Positions 1 through 10,500 of a DNA stretch of 60,097 nt are shown piece after piece; positions within the stretch are counted from its first letter, which is position 1; the number at the start of each line of letters is the position of its first letter. Where the stretch lies: the IMG/VR virus record IMGVR_UViG_3300025821_000001. One strand, written 5' to 3'. Position numbers and translations under genes: made by a program. The notes beneath the pieces are model-generated. The model worked only from the letters and a program-made list of their open reading frames with translations. It ran no database searches and had not been told where the DNA came from. This stretch comes from a virus.

Positions 1-127
1 CATATCGCTAGAGTAGTTATCGTGCTTTACAATAGCGTATTGAACTTGTGTTGGGTTTTCAATAATATCTGACCAGCGAGTAGTAGTGCCATGATAGTTT
101 TCTCCAACAGTAACCTCTTGGTTGTAA
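1..127. repeat. left copy of exact 127-bp terminal duplication (identical to 59971-60097)
   Basis: Direct comparison: catatcgctagagtagttatcgtgc...taacctcttggttgtaa is present at both ends with no mismatch. Confidence 0.97.
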
Positions 128-165
128 TCTTCACACTCTTGATTTGTTCCTATGTAGTATGCCAT
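1..165 (-). CDS. hypothetical protein, N-terminal part of a junction-spanning ORF (74 aa once the ends are joined; continues at 59970)
   Basis: ATG at 163-165 (minus), open through base 1. After collapsing the terminal duplication the frame continues 59970 to 59911 and ends in TAA (MAYYIGTNQECEDY...SWCPPIPLIED). Confidence 0.6.
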   Translation of the reverse strand, partial: MAYYIGTNQECEDYNQEVTVGENYHGTTTRWSDIIENPTQVQYAIVKHDNYSSDM

Positions 166-167
166 TT

Positions 168-365
168 TTATTCTTCTATTACTGGTTCTACAATTTCAAT
201 CTCTCCAATAGTATACGCAATTGCTGCATTGTCTAAATCAAGTTGAGCTTCTAATTGTAGCCAATACACACCGCCAACGGTGTTGTTAGTGGGATTCCAA
301 TAGAAATCGTCAATGCTACTTAGTATTGGAAATTTAGAAACGTCTGGTATTATTAAAGCTGTCAT
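168..365 (-). CDS. hypothetical small protein (65 aa)
   Basis: ORF track; 4-nt overlap with upstream fibre gene and 2-nt gap to the next ORF; no motif recognised. Confidence 0.55.
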   Translation of the reverse strand: MTALIIPDVSKFPILSSIDDFYWNPTNNTVGGVYWLQLEAQLDLDNAAIAYTIGEIEIVEPVIEE

Positions 366-2617
366 CGTACTGCTGTGTTATAAGTTGTTATTGCATCGTA
401 TAAGTCTGTTGCTTGGTTAGCCGTTAAGGATTTATGTATGCCGAAAAAGTCAAATTCCCAATCAGTAAAATATTGTGGACTACCAACAACGCTACCTCTT
501 GCTAGCACAAAAATAGGGTTGACAGGTAACGTACTAGGCGAAAGTGAAATATCAGAAGCTGTTAAAACATTGTTTTCATACAGATTCATGGTTGTTGCAT
601 CTCTAGTTAAAGTAGATATACTCTTCGTGTTTTTAAGTCCTGTGAGACTATCACCATTACTACCAATAACTGCAGATGGATATGTAAGATTCATTTGAAC
701 AAATCTCAGTGGACTGGTACTATAAACACCCATCGCTACACCTGTATTTATCGTATTAACGGTTGCGGTGCTTACGGTTATAGCCATACTATTAACGTCT
801 CCATCTACGGATGGTATAAACCCAGTATCACCGTATGTATCTACCAAATTACCAGCTACCCCAGTAGTTGCGTGTGTCGGAGTGTTATACCAAGTAATGT
901 TTTTAGTTGGGTCTTTAAGATTGTATTTCGCAGCAGTTAATGAAGTCGGTGATATAGGGTAAATTCTATCTGAATCACTCCATACGTCTGTGTTATTAGT
1001 TGTACTTCCTGTGCCTTTTAAGTCAAGTACCAATTGATTAACAGCCGCTTGTTCTGTTGCGTCTGTTATACCAGCTGCTGTGATGTAAGCAGTAGCATCA
1101 GGGTCATAAGCATTGTAAAGTGAATCTAATATTGTTTCAATACCAACTCTGTTTGCGCTCTGATCTGATGTGTAAGCTACAAGAGCTGACAATTTGCCAC
1201 CAAAGTTTAAAATTCCTGCTGACCAAAATCCAAATCTATACTCTGCCCAAATAGATGTGACTGCATCAATATGTGAAATTACCTTGCGTCCATTTGTGTC
1301 ATTGTACACAGTAGTTCTATTTGTCACATTAATAGGTACACCATTTTGATATAAACTAGGAGAACCATAAGAAGGAGACGTTGTGACTGTACTCGTATTA
1401 CCATCATATGCAATCATCCCATAATAAGACGTTATACTGCTGTTTGGGAATATGTAGGCGGTATCTCCATCCGTATCTGTTAAAAAGAATTGGTCTAGTC
1501 TAGCCTCACCAAATAAATCAACAGTATTACTTAAATACTCGTTAATACCGTCAAATTTAACAGCAGGAACGCCTCCGCTAGTAACTACCACACCAGCGTT
1601 TACTATCATAGGTTGATTAGCCGCACTTGCTTGAATAAAGTTTGATGAGTTACCACTCTGGTCGTAGTAAGTAGTTACAAAAGCATCATAGTTACCGCCT
1701 GGATGGCTAACCCACATACCACTAGCTGGGAAATTATTTAATGTTCCGTTATTGCTATTTCCACTAGCATCAACAGCGGTAGTGTCTGTACCCGACTCAT
1801 TAAATTTATAATATACATTTGGAGACGCTATTACACTTGTTGCAGTTGCGCCTAGTCCACCGTTATATAAGTCATCAACATTTTGTTGAGTTAATGAAGA
1901 TTCTGTCTTAACAAATAGCTCATCAAGAATAAATTGCCCATAAGCACCACTACCTTCACCTATTCGATCAAAACTTATATTTTCGTTATCGTAGTTATCG
2001 GTATCACCTGTGTATTTTGTTCCATTAATCCACATTTCATTTACTCCTCCATTTAACGAAACAGCAATGTAATACCAAGTACTTGTGGAAATGGCTGGAA
2101 ATGAAAATGTAGTAGTTGCAGCACCAGCAGATCTACTTCTAAATGTAGCAGAGGTGCTATTGTTCCACCTAAACCATTGATTTCCATTAGTTGAATCGCC
2201 TAAAATATATTCAAAATTGGGCGTTGATGAAAAGTTTACCCAAAATCCAAAGCATAAGCCATTTGAAAGGGCTGGTTTGGCAATTGCGGTAAATGAAACA
2301 TTGTCATTTACCCCATCAAACTCTAATGCGTTTTCAAAGATTGAATTAGTAAAGGCTTCTAATGCTGCTGTGTCTAATGTGTCACCTACAAATCCTATAT
2401 CTAGTTCTGCACTATCATGTTGCCTTCTAGCCCTTAACGAATTGGTAGCTGTACTTGATAATTTAAAAACACTATAAGCTGCTGCTGCACCGCTATATGT
2501 ATCAAGTAAGTAAGAAACCGCTGGAGCAGAGCCTGAAGGTGAACCCATGCCATCATGACCCCCAATAGATGCCCCACTACTAATTATACCCCTTATAAAA
2601 CCGCCAAAACCGCCCAT
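362..2617 (-). CDS. tail fibre / receptor-binding protein with LamG (concanavalin A-like lectin) type segments
   Basis: 751 aa, G/S/T/N-rich. Two Laminin_G_3-like signatures (ALEFDGVNDNVSF...FWVNF and AVKFDGINEYLSNTV). Last large gene of the structural arm. Confidence 0.55.
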   Translation of the reverse strand: MGGFGGFIRGIISSGASIGGHDGMGSPSGSAPAVSYLLDTYSGAAAAYSVFKLSSTATNSLRARRQHDSAELDIGFVGDTLDTAALEAFTNSIFENALEFDGVNDNVSFTAIAKPALSNGLCFGFWVNFSSTPNFEYILGDSTNGNQWFRWNNSTSATFRSRSAGAATTTFSFPAISTSTWYYIAVSLNGGVNEMWINGTKYTGDTDNYDNENISFDRIGEGSGAYGQFILDELFVKTESSLTQQNVDDLYNGGLGATATSVIASPNVYYKFNESGTDTTAVDASGNSNNGTLNNFPASGMWVSHPGGNYDAFVTTYYDQSGNSSNFIQASAANQPMIVNAGVVVTSGGVPAVKFDGINEYLSNTVDLFGEARLDQFFLTDTDGDTAYIFPNSSITSYYGMIAYDGNTSTVTTSPSYGSPSLYQNGVPINVTNRTTVYNDTNGRKVISHIDAVTSIWAEYRFGFWSAGILNFGGKLSALVAYTSDQSANRVGIETILDSLYNAYDPDATAYITAAGITDATEQAAVNQLVLDLKGTGSTTNNTDVWSDSDRIYPISPTSLTAAKYNLKDPTKNITWYNTPTHATTGVAGNLVDTYGDTGFIPSVDGDVNSMAITVSTATVNTINTGVAMGVYSTSPLRFVQMNLTYPSAVIGSNGDSLTGLKNTKSISTLTRDATTMNLYENNVLTASDISLSPSTLPVNPIFVLARGSVVGSPQYFTDWEFDFFGIHKSLTANQATDLYDAITTYNTAVR

Positions 2618-2669
2618 CTTAATCTTTTTATGTTAACACCGCTATACTCACCTATTAATACTACTTATG

Positions 2670-2993
2670 TTACCCGTTTTCTTTTAGTTTATTTTTAGTT
2701 CTTTTCATTATCCAATTGATAATAGGAGTAGAAGAAAGACCCATTACAAGTCCACCAAAGTGAGGGTAGTTGTGTATCTCTACATTTATATTGAAAGACT
2801 CTTCTAAAAACAGTGACATCTCAGGAAAGACCATACAAAGAAGTATACCACTAAGTAAACTTACCATTAAGTTAGCCCATCTATCCTCTAACCACTCTCT
2901 TCCTGTTATATACTTTCTAAACTTAGGTAGGTTAGATATGTACATAATCTCTACTAGGATTACAGCTAGGGTCATTGTGAAGTATATAATCAT
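2670..2993 (-). CDS. holin-like membrane protein (107 aa)
   Basis: About three hydrophobic segments and a Lys-rich C-terminus (KRTKNKLKENG); adjacent to a second small membrane protein. Confidence 0.4.
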   Translation of the reverse strand: MIIYFTMTLAVILVEIMYISNLPKFRKYITGREWLEDRWANLMVSLLSGILLCMVFPEMSLFLEESFNINVEIHNYPHFGGLVMGLSSTPIINWIMKRTKNKLKENG

Positions 2994-2999
2994 TACTCT

Positions 3000-3224
3000 T
3001 TATTTGTTTTTATTTCTTAGTTGGTTTATTTTATAGAGTGTGTATATTGCTGCAAAGGTAAAGGATATAAACTTTGCTAATTCTGTAAGTATCATAATTC
3101 CCCCTGTCCAATCCTCTAATGTCCAATCTAAAACCCCACCTATAAAGAATACACACCACACCTTAATTATACTAAGCGCACCATCAAATTGTGGTGTTAG
3201 AGGGTATAAAAAATTACTGTTCAT
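3000..3224 (-). CDS. small membrane protein, class II holin-like (74 aa)
   Basis: Two hydrophobic segments and a basic C-terminus (NQLRNKNK); start overlaps the stop of the upstream gene. Confidence 0.4.
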   Translation of the reverse strand: MNSNFLYPLTPQFDGALSIIKVWCVFFIGGVLDWTLEDWTGGIMILTELAKFISFTFAAIYTLYKINQLRNKNK

Positions 3225-3868
3225 TACTTTCCAAAGATTATTTTTTTATTTTCTGTTACCGTGTCTCCGCAATTGGTAACTAATGTTTGATAATACTCCT
3301 TTCTCCCTATGCGGGGAAAGAAATTTACTCTAAATAAACTACGTCTTTTAAAATAATTAATGTCGTGTATTACTATATTCCTATCTCCTGTAATGACTAA
3401 TCCACTTGAGGTAAACTCCCCACTCACTGTAAGGCAGTTATCTAACTTCTTTGTAAACTTGTTGGGGATTGAGGTGTTTAGTTCTATTAACTCGTAGAGT
3501 GTATCATACTCGGTAATAGTCTTTGTAATCACCTTTCCAAACTTTATCTTCTTTAACTCAATTATTTGTCTGCCTTTAATGTTAAGGCTATCCATAATGG
3601 CAGCTATGGAAGAGTCTTTTAACACCTCTTTTCTATTTGCTTTTGTCTTAATTAGGATAATCTCTTGTTGGTAGGCATCTTCTATGTTCGCTATGCGAGA
3701 GCGTGTAGCGTTTTCGTAATCCGCTAAAATGTCCTCGTTCTTTTGACAGGAACTGACACCAAAAAATACCCCAACTAAAAGAACTACAATAGCTATCCAT
3801 TGAACAATTACTATGTTTTCCTTTAGATTAGAAAAGAATCCTAATATGGAACTGACTAAAGCTATCAT
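3224..3868 (-). CDS. membrane-anchored or lipoprotein-like protein (possible spanin-type lysis accessory)
   Basis: 214 aa. N-terminal hydrophobic stretch ends in a lipobox-like VSSC (Cys41); the remainder is hydrophilic. Lies next to the holin-like genes. Confidence 0.3.
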   Translation of the reverse strand: MIALVSSILGFFSNLKENIVIVQWIAIVVLLVGVFFGVSSCQKNEDILADYENATRSRIANIEDAYQQEIILIKTKANRKEVLKDSSIAAIMDSLNIKGRQIIELKKIKFGKVITKTITEYDTLYELIELNTSIPNKFTKKLDNCLTVSGEFTSSGLVITGDRNIVIHDINYFKRRSLFRVNFFPRIGRKEYYQTLVTNCGDTVTENKKIIFGK

Positions 3869-3877
3869 TCTACTATC

Positions 3878-4042
3878 TTACTTTTTCTTAGTAGTCTTTT
3901 TCATTAACTGTTTTGTGTAGGGCTTGTACGTTGTCTTCACTGACAGTTGTTTAGTTGGTTTTTTCTTGTAGGTTGTCTTTACACTTAACTGCTTGGTTGG
4001 CTCTTTCTTTGCCGTTGCTTTCTTTTTTCCTCCTGTTGGCAT
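3878..4042 (-). CDS. small Lys-rich protein with internal tandem repeat (54 aa; below the ORF-track cutoff)
   Basis: My translation of the minus strand: MPTGGKKKATAKKEPTKQLSVKTTYKKKPTKQLSVKTTYKPYTKQLMKKTTKKK*. It fills an otherwise empty 200-bp gap. Confidence 0.4.
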   Translation of the reverse strand: MPTGGKKKATAKKEPTKQLSVKTTYKKKPTKQLSVKTTYKPYTKQLMKKTTKKK

Positions 4043-4068
4043 TGTGCTTGTTTTTATTATAAATAATA

Positions 4069-4521
4069 TTAATCCACTATATCGTAGTCAAAGTTTACAC
4101 CACTTCCTGCTGTTACAATAAAGGGTTGTACTAAGCCATTCTCTTTAGCTTGTGGGGTGAAGCTATTACCATCTCTAATTATAAGGGTATCATCGTTAGG
4201 AAAAGTGATTGTTACATCTCCTCCGTTAGCTACTCCTGAGATCTGCCTAGCTGCGTTCTTTAATAGTTTCATTGTAGACCCTGCTTGAGCGTCTGCAAAT
4301 CCATCCTTGAGCCAAAGAACTGTATCGCTGTCTATTCTCTCTACTTGTCTTATTGCTACGTTAACTGTATCAAATATCCAATCATTGATATTTAGTTCAG
4401 TTGTGAAGAGTGTAGATGTACCTACTAACTCTTTGCTTGCTGCTGCTGATACTATTGTTCCCGTAAGTGCTGCCGAGAGTGGGAGGGTATCTGTAGCGTT
4501 TGTAATATTCTGTGCTGCCAT
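4069..4521 (-). CDS. hypothetical virion-module protein (150 aa)
   Basis: ORF track; has its own TAACTTTG promoter box upstream; no motif recognised. Confidence 0.6.
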   Translation of the reverse strand: MAAQNITNATDTLPLSAALTGTIVSAAASKELVGTSTLFTTELNINDWIFDTVNVAIRQVERIDSDTVLWLKDGFADAQAGSTMKLLKNAARQISGVANGGDVTITFPNDDTLIIRDGNSFTPQAKENGLVQPFIVTAGSGVNFDYDIVD

Positions 4522-4548
4522 TGTTTGTGTGTTGTGTGAAACTTAGTG

Positions 4549-4556
4549 CAAAGTTA
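4549..4556 (-). promoter_or_regulatory. promoter -7 box TAACTTTG (Bacteroidota TAnnTTTG type)
   Basis: Minus-strand TAACTTTG about 27 nt upstream of ATG 4521, in the gap after the giant ORF. Confidence 0.45.
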
Positions 4557-4582
4557 CGAAATTATTATCTTTTGCAATTCCT

Positions 4583-7500
4583 TTAGTTGATGTTGTATTT
4601 TTTTGTAAGGGGTTTCTTTTTATTATTCTTTCTTTTACTCTTAGCTTTCTTTAGCATCTTATTTATTATGTTTGACATAGGTAACTGAGTACCTGCACCA
4701 ACAGCTAAAGAGAGGTTCATTATAGCGATAGATAAATCTGCCGCTACTACTGCGTCTATATCATCCTCCTTAACCATTTGCTCCCGCGACTTATTTACTG
4801 TTGCCCCTAGTGCTATTAGGTTATCAACTGCTGGTAGTAGCTCTTTACCTGTAAACACACTAACATCATATTTACTAGATAAATTTATCGGCTTATTCAC
4901 AAAAAAGTTATTCTTTAGTAAATCTGCCAATATTTTTTTATCTTCCTTATCTTCTGCCATATTGTACAGCGCACTTATAACTGCTATTGCTGCGCCCCTA
5001 GACACTTTTCCATACTTACTTACTGCTAGGAATGTCAGTTGGTTTGTTATTAAATCTCCTAAACCTTTAAGGGTAAACATCTCCTCCATTCTCTTTTCTG
5101 CCTCTTCTGCTTCGTCATCATCCCCAAACATTATCTGCGAGGCTAAATAATATACTCCCATCATGTATGAGTATGTAATAGCGTTCATTAAAACACCCCC
5201 TGCGTTAGCTAACTCTGCTGCGTTATTTCCTTTTTTATTTCTAAGGTCTCCTGCGATGAACTTTAAGGATTGGAAAAACTCACCTTGCTCCCTATATCCG
5301 AAATTACCAAAGAATGACACTAACCTACCTTGTGGGGAGTCAGCCTTAAATGTTATAGGTGTACCATCTTCTGACAGCCCTATACCTAAAAATTTAGACG
5401 GTGCTATCTCTACTGATCTCCTAGTCCCCCCTTTTGTCTTTGAGCCATAGATTCTTTCTACTAATTCTTGAGCCTTTGCTGTTGCATCTTTTATTGCTTG
5501 TAGGTTCTGTTCTTTATAAGCCTTATTATTTAAGAATTTTTTTCTGTCAAAAGATTCTCCTGTTATAGACTGAAACTCCCTTCTGAATACGGGCATAAAT
5601 CCTGTTATGGCTGTTAGGTATTCTGGAATAGACATTGTGTAACGTCCAACCTTTATAAAAATATTCTCTCTACCTACCGCTTCCTTTACGCCTCTTCTCT
5701 CTATATCACCTGATTTAAAGTCTGCTATATCTGCACCTGTTAAATCCTCTAATTCTCTTAGGGTGTCCCAAGATTCTTTATTGAAAGTGTCTGCTATACC
5801 TCTTGCACTTCTAACTTTGATTGGGATAGATGTAAATGCAGCTACTATCTCTATTGCTGACCTTATTGGGTCAAATAAGGACTTAGCGTATCTAGCACCT
5901 AACAGTTTAGTTAACATTCGTGGGGTGTTGCCTATTGACTTTTCATAGTCTAGTGATGCGTTGTAATCCCCCTTTATGGCGTTTGCAATAACTCCTGCCT
6001 TTGTTCTACTTATGGTTTTATTAAGTATAGCATTAGTTACGGGCTGTACCTCTGAGAATACATAATCTAATGAAGTGTCCTCAGCGTAGTTAATAACCAT
6101 CTCTGCAATATTAACAGGGTAAACTCCAAATGTAGGTCTCAGGGATTCTGTTACTTTTTCCTTTCCTTGTTTTGCTTGTGGGCTAAACTTATCAAACTTC
6201 TTAGTTGTTGCGTCAACATCTCCTATTCTACCTTTTCTTTGTGTTGGTACATAATACACTTGAGGGTTAAACTCTATGCCCCTTCTTAAGTTAGCTGCTT
6301 CTTGTCTGTCCCTACCCTTTTCAAATACCTCTTCTGCTGTTTTTAGCATCTTTCGTTCGCGGGGGTTGAGTAAACTTTCATAGTTTTCTGATAGTACTTG
6401 TACATCTACATACCCCTCTTCTGTTTTTGGTAGGCTCTCGTAGAACTCCTCTATATTCTTTCGTTCTCGGTTGTCCCACATTGACTTAGCTTGTCCCTTC
6501 TTATGGTACTCCTTTTCGCTTTCTGATAATCCTGCCGCATCCATAGCTGCTTCATTACCTAACCAGATGCCAAATATATCTCTGTTCCCTACCTCAACTC
6601 CATCTGCTTTTGTACCACTACCAAGTAGTGATGCTTCTCTTAGATACTGCGCAATTATACCCACCCTATTAAAGCCTCGCTCATCTCTCCTAAAAATACT
6701 AGGGGACGATGCTTTTAAAAAGTCTTTAAGCATTGTGTCAGACATCTTCTTAGCCCTTGTAAAAGCATTACTCATAGGTTGATACACCATCTTGTATATC
6801 TCATCCCTCTGTGAGTTGAGTATATTTCTTACTCTTTGTGCCGCCTCTTTTGTACCTAATCTATCAATCCACGCTTTAACGCTTAACCCCTTGGGGTCAA
6901 TTTCTTCAATAGCGTCAACAAGTTTATCTACCCTCTTTGATTTACTTGCAGCAAATTCTCTAAGGTCTGATATTTCTTTAAATGGGATATTCCCCGCTAT
7001 AATAGCCTCAGCCGCATCGTTAAACCTGCTTAACCAAGCAGCGTCATCAACCTTCTCAGCCTCTAACAGTAGTCTAACCTCGTCTGCCTCTACGCCATCA
7101 AGAGTTAACCCCTTTAGTTTTAAAACACTCTTTTTGTATTTTTTACTCTCTTGTACTGTGAATTTGTCTAGCTCTTTTTTAAATATATCTACTTGCTCCT
7201 TTAACTTAGAGTTTAACTCCTCAGCTTTTTCCTCTGTTATAACCCCATCCTTAACTGCCTTGTCTATTGCGTTCTTAGCCCTTGTTAAGTTACCTCTTGA
7301 TTGTGATGCTAATTGAGCCGTAGTTATTTTATTAGACTCTATATCTATCTCTATTTCTTCTTCTAATTCTCTTACTAACTCTGGGTCTATGTCTTGTTCT
7401 GAATCTAAATACTCTCCAATTATTTGTTGTCTTTCTACTTCAAGATTTATGAACTGAGAGAAGGTTTCTGCTTTTGCTCTCTTTTTCTTATAATCCTTTA

Positions 7501-10500
7501 TCTTTTCGGTAATGCTTTTTTGTGGGGTGTTCTTTTGCTGCTCTGCTACCTCTTTATTATACTTAGATAATAACTCATTAATATCTGCAACAGTTGTTGT
7601 TGGGGATTTAGTTAATAAGTCATCCGCAATTTTTTCTATTTCGTCTAATAGGTTTTCATCTTCAATCTTCTTAGCGTTAATCTTAGAGAGTGCTTTTGCT
7701 GCTTGCCCTACCTTGGACTTTCCTCTAGCCATCTTTCCAGCCCTCTTTACTTTAGAGTTTACATTAGACTGCTTCTGTTTTGTGGCTGCATCTTTGAATC
7801 CCTTTTCAATATCAGTTAAAAACTCATCTACAGCCTTCTTGGAAGCTAGGTCTGTATTGTTTAATTTCTTTAGCCAATTAGCAGATTGATTAACTGTTAT
7901 ACGTCCACTCTTTTCTAAGTCGTTAATGTAATCAGATATACCCTTTCTTACAGCCTTTTCATCCCCTACGCTGGCAAGAATAGATAGCTTTACTTTCCCA
8001 ATTTTTTGTTTACTCCCTTTCTCTAATACACTATTCCTATACTCTATAGCCTTATCATAATCATCAAAAGATTTCTCTTCTATATCTAATTCATTATTAG
8101 GGTCATATACCATTGCAACAACATCTGGCTTTCCATGCTCTGCTTCGTTCCATCCTTCAGGAGCGAACTCTTCATTAAATGGAGTTCTAGAAACAATTCT
8201 AAATCCATTTCTTTGATAAACCTTTGTTAAGTAGTTATCAAAGTTATCTAGCATTTTACCGCCTTGCTTTACAGCCTGTTTTAATATATTGTCTGCTACG
8301 CCTTTCTTTTTACTATCAGGGTCTTTAAATACCCCTGTAATATCTCCATCAGGTTTAACAAAAGCTGCACCACCATCAACACGAACAACAGTACCATCAG
8401 TTCCTTCTGGAACTTCTGATACAGACCAATATTGCTTTGTGTCTGAATCTTTAACTTCTTTTAGCTCTTGAAAGTAGGAATCATTTTCTTTCTTACCTTC
8501 TTTGGCATCTTGTTCTTGTATTTTGTACTTATTATTTTTAAAGTCGTAAGATATATCTATATTATCTACTTCGCGTATGTTATTTCCGTCAAAGTAGAAT
8601 AGTTTATCTGCCCCATTTTCATGAAAGCCTTTTTCTATATCTCCTGACCTAACTGCATCTTTTAAATCTTCGGGGGATGACCAATCTGTTATATTTTCAT
8701 TAGTAACTTCTCCTGATTTTGCAGAATATGATTTAGCTTTGTACTTATTAACGTCCTCAGATTTTGAAGGTCTGTAACCATAAGATGAATCACCCTCAAA
8801 TATAAAGCCTCTTTTTTTATACCAATCTTTTAACTGCTTATCTGTAAGTCCTAGTTCTCCCTTTTTTAATCCCTGCTTAGTTTCTGTTGCTCCTTTTGAG
8901 TCTACTATTAATGATACAGACATATCACTCTCGTCTGCCGCATCTAGTATATTTTTTAACTCTTTTGATGCCAACCCTTCTCCACGATTTTTGTCTACCC
9001 CTATAAAATCTATTTGAATATCTCCTTGAACCTCTTGACCATTTATGTCAACAACATCATTATCCTCTCTCAATGTAACTTCTACTCCATCAGGTGTTGT
9101 ATAGTTATAGCCTTTTTCTCCAAATCCTGCGTCTACCTCATTAAATTCCCCTCCACTGAGTCTATCCGTTAGTCGGCTGACATCCTTGTTTGGTACACCC
9201 TCTGCTTCTTTTGTAGTCTCTTCTGTAGTTTTTTGCATTTCTACAGGCTTAACTAATACAGGAAGGTCTATAGATATTTTATAGGTAAGTCCTTTTTTTG
9301 TTATAGTTGCGTTTATTCCTGGATATGCTTTTTTTACCTCAGCTAATTCTGTTTCTGCTTCTGATTTTACTGGTGTTGAAAATTCATTAAATGCACTCTC
9401 TCCTTTCTCTTCTAAAGACTCTTTTGTTGCGGCACTATATTTTGTAGGTCTTGTTACTACATTCCCATCTTCATCTACTTTTTCTACAAGTCTTGACTTA
9501 TTATAAGTTCGTAAACCGCCTTTAGATATTGTTGTAGTTTCAACAACCTCTACATTATTAGGTAATGCATTTTCTGCGGATGTAATTATATTCTTAAACA
9601 CACCGCTTTCAGAAGTTTGCATTTTAGCAGAGAACATATTTGTTGGTTTACCATTTTCGTAAACCCTTACATAACCTACAAAATTACCTTCATTTGTAGC
9701 GGTAATTATAGCATCCACGCTCTTCGTTTCAGGATTTACATACGTTGCTGTTGTGACCCCATTCTTGTCAGTAGTTGTAATGTCTGAAATTTCAGCCGCT
9801 CCGTAAGGTAGTCTCTTGTCTTTGTGTTGGTCTCCAAATAAATTCTCCTGTTCTTTAGTTCTATTTTCTAATCTTTGTTCTGCGGTAGTTTCTTCTGTTG
9901 TAGTTTCTTTAGTAGCAATACCCTCTGTTGCTAGTTCTGTTAATTTTTTATCTATTACGGCTATCTTAGCTTGCTCTCCTCCTCGTTGTGTTGGGTGGAG
10001 TGATCCCATCTCAGCTTCTAGTTTTTCTCTTTCAGCTAGGAGTCTTATACTTTCCTCTCTGTTATTGTTTGTTGGAGATAATTCAGAGTCATACTTTAAT
10101 ACTCGATTTATTTTATCTTGTGATATGTTGTACCCCTCTTCGGTTAATGCACCTGATTGATACATCCCCTTAATTTTCTCAGTTAATTGTTCTAGGTCGC
10201 CTTTACTGTTGAGTACTTCTTTTATCTCTTCGTCTGTTAATTCTTGTGTGGGTTTGTCAATAACAGCTTTAGTTTTCCTTAAAGAAGCCGCCCCCTTACC
10301 CATACCAAAAAGTAGCATACTTCCTGCAAATGTAGATGCACCTGTTTCTGCTGCATCTTTTGTAAAGGTTGCGTTAAAACTTTCTTTTAAGAAAGCCTTT
10401 CTACCCTCATCCGTTTTTATGCCTCCGTTTTCTAGTGCTGCTTTGTTTGCTTTTTCTACTGACTGTTGAAAAATCTCTGTCCCTGATTCTTTTAGAGATG

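Noticed and set aside
161-187. A 27-nt near-repeat, gccattttta(t/a)tcttctatta(c/a)tggt, occurs at 161-187 and at 59904-59930.
   Set aside because: Both copies are gene junctions encoding a similar C-terminal peptide (PVIEE* / PLIED*) followed by AAAATGGC. A short local paralogy or a shared junction context explains the repeat; it is not a mobile element or an att site.
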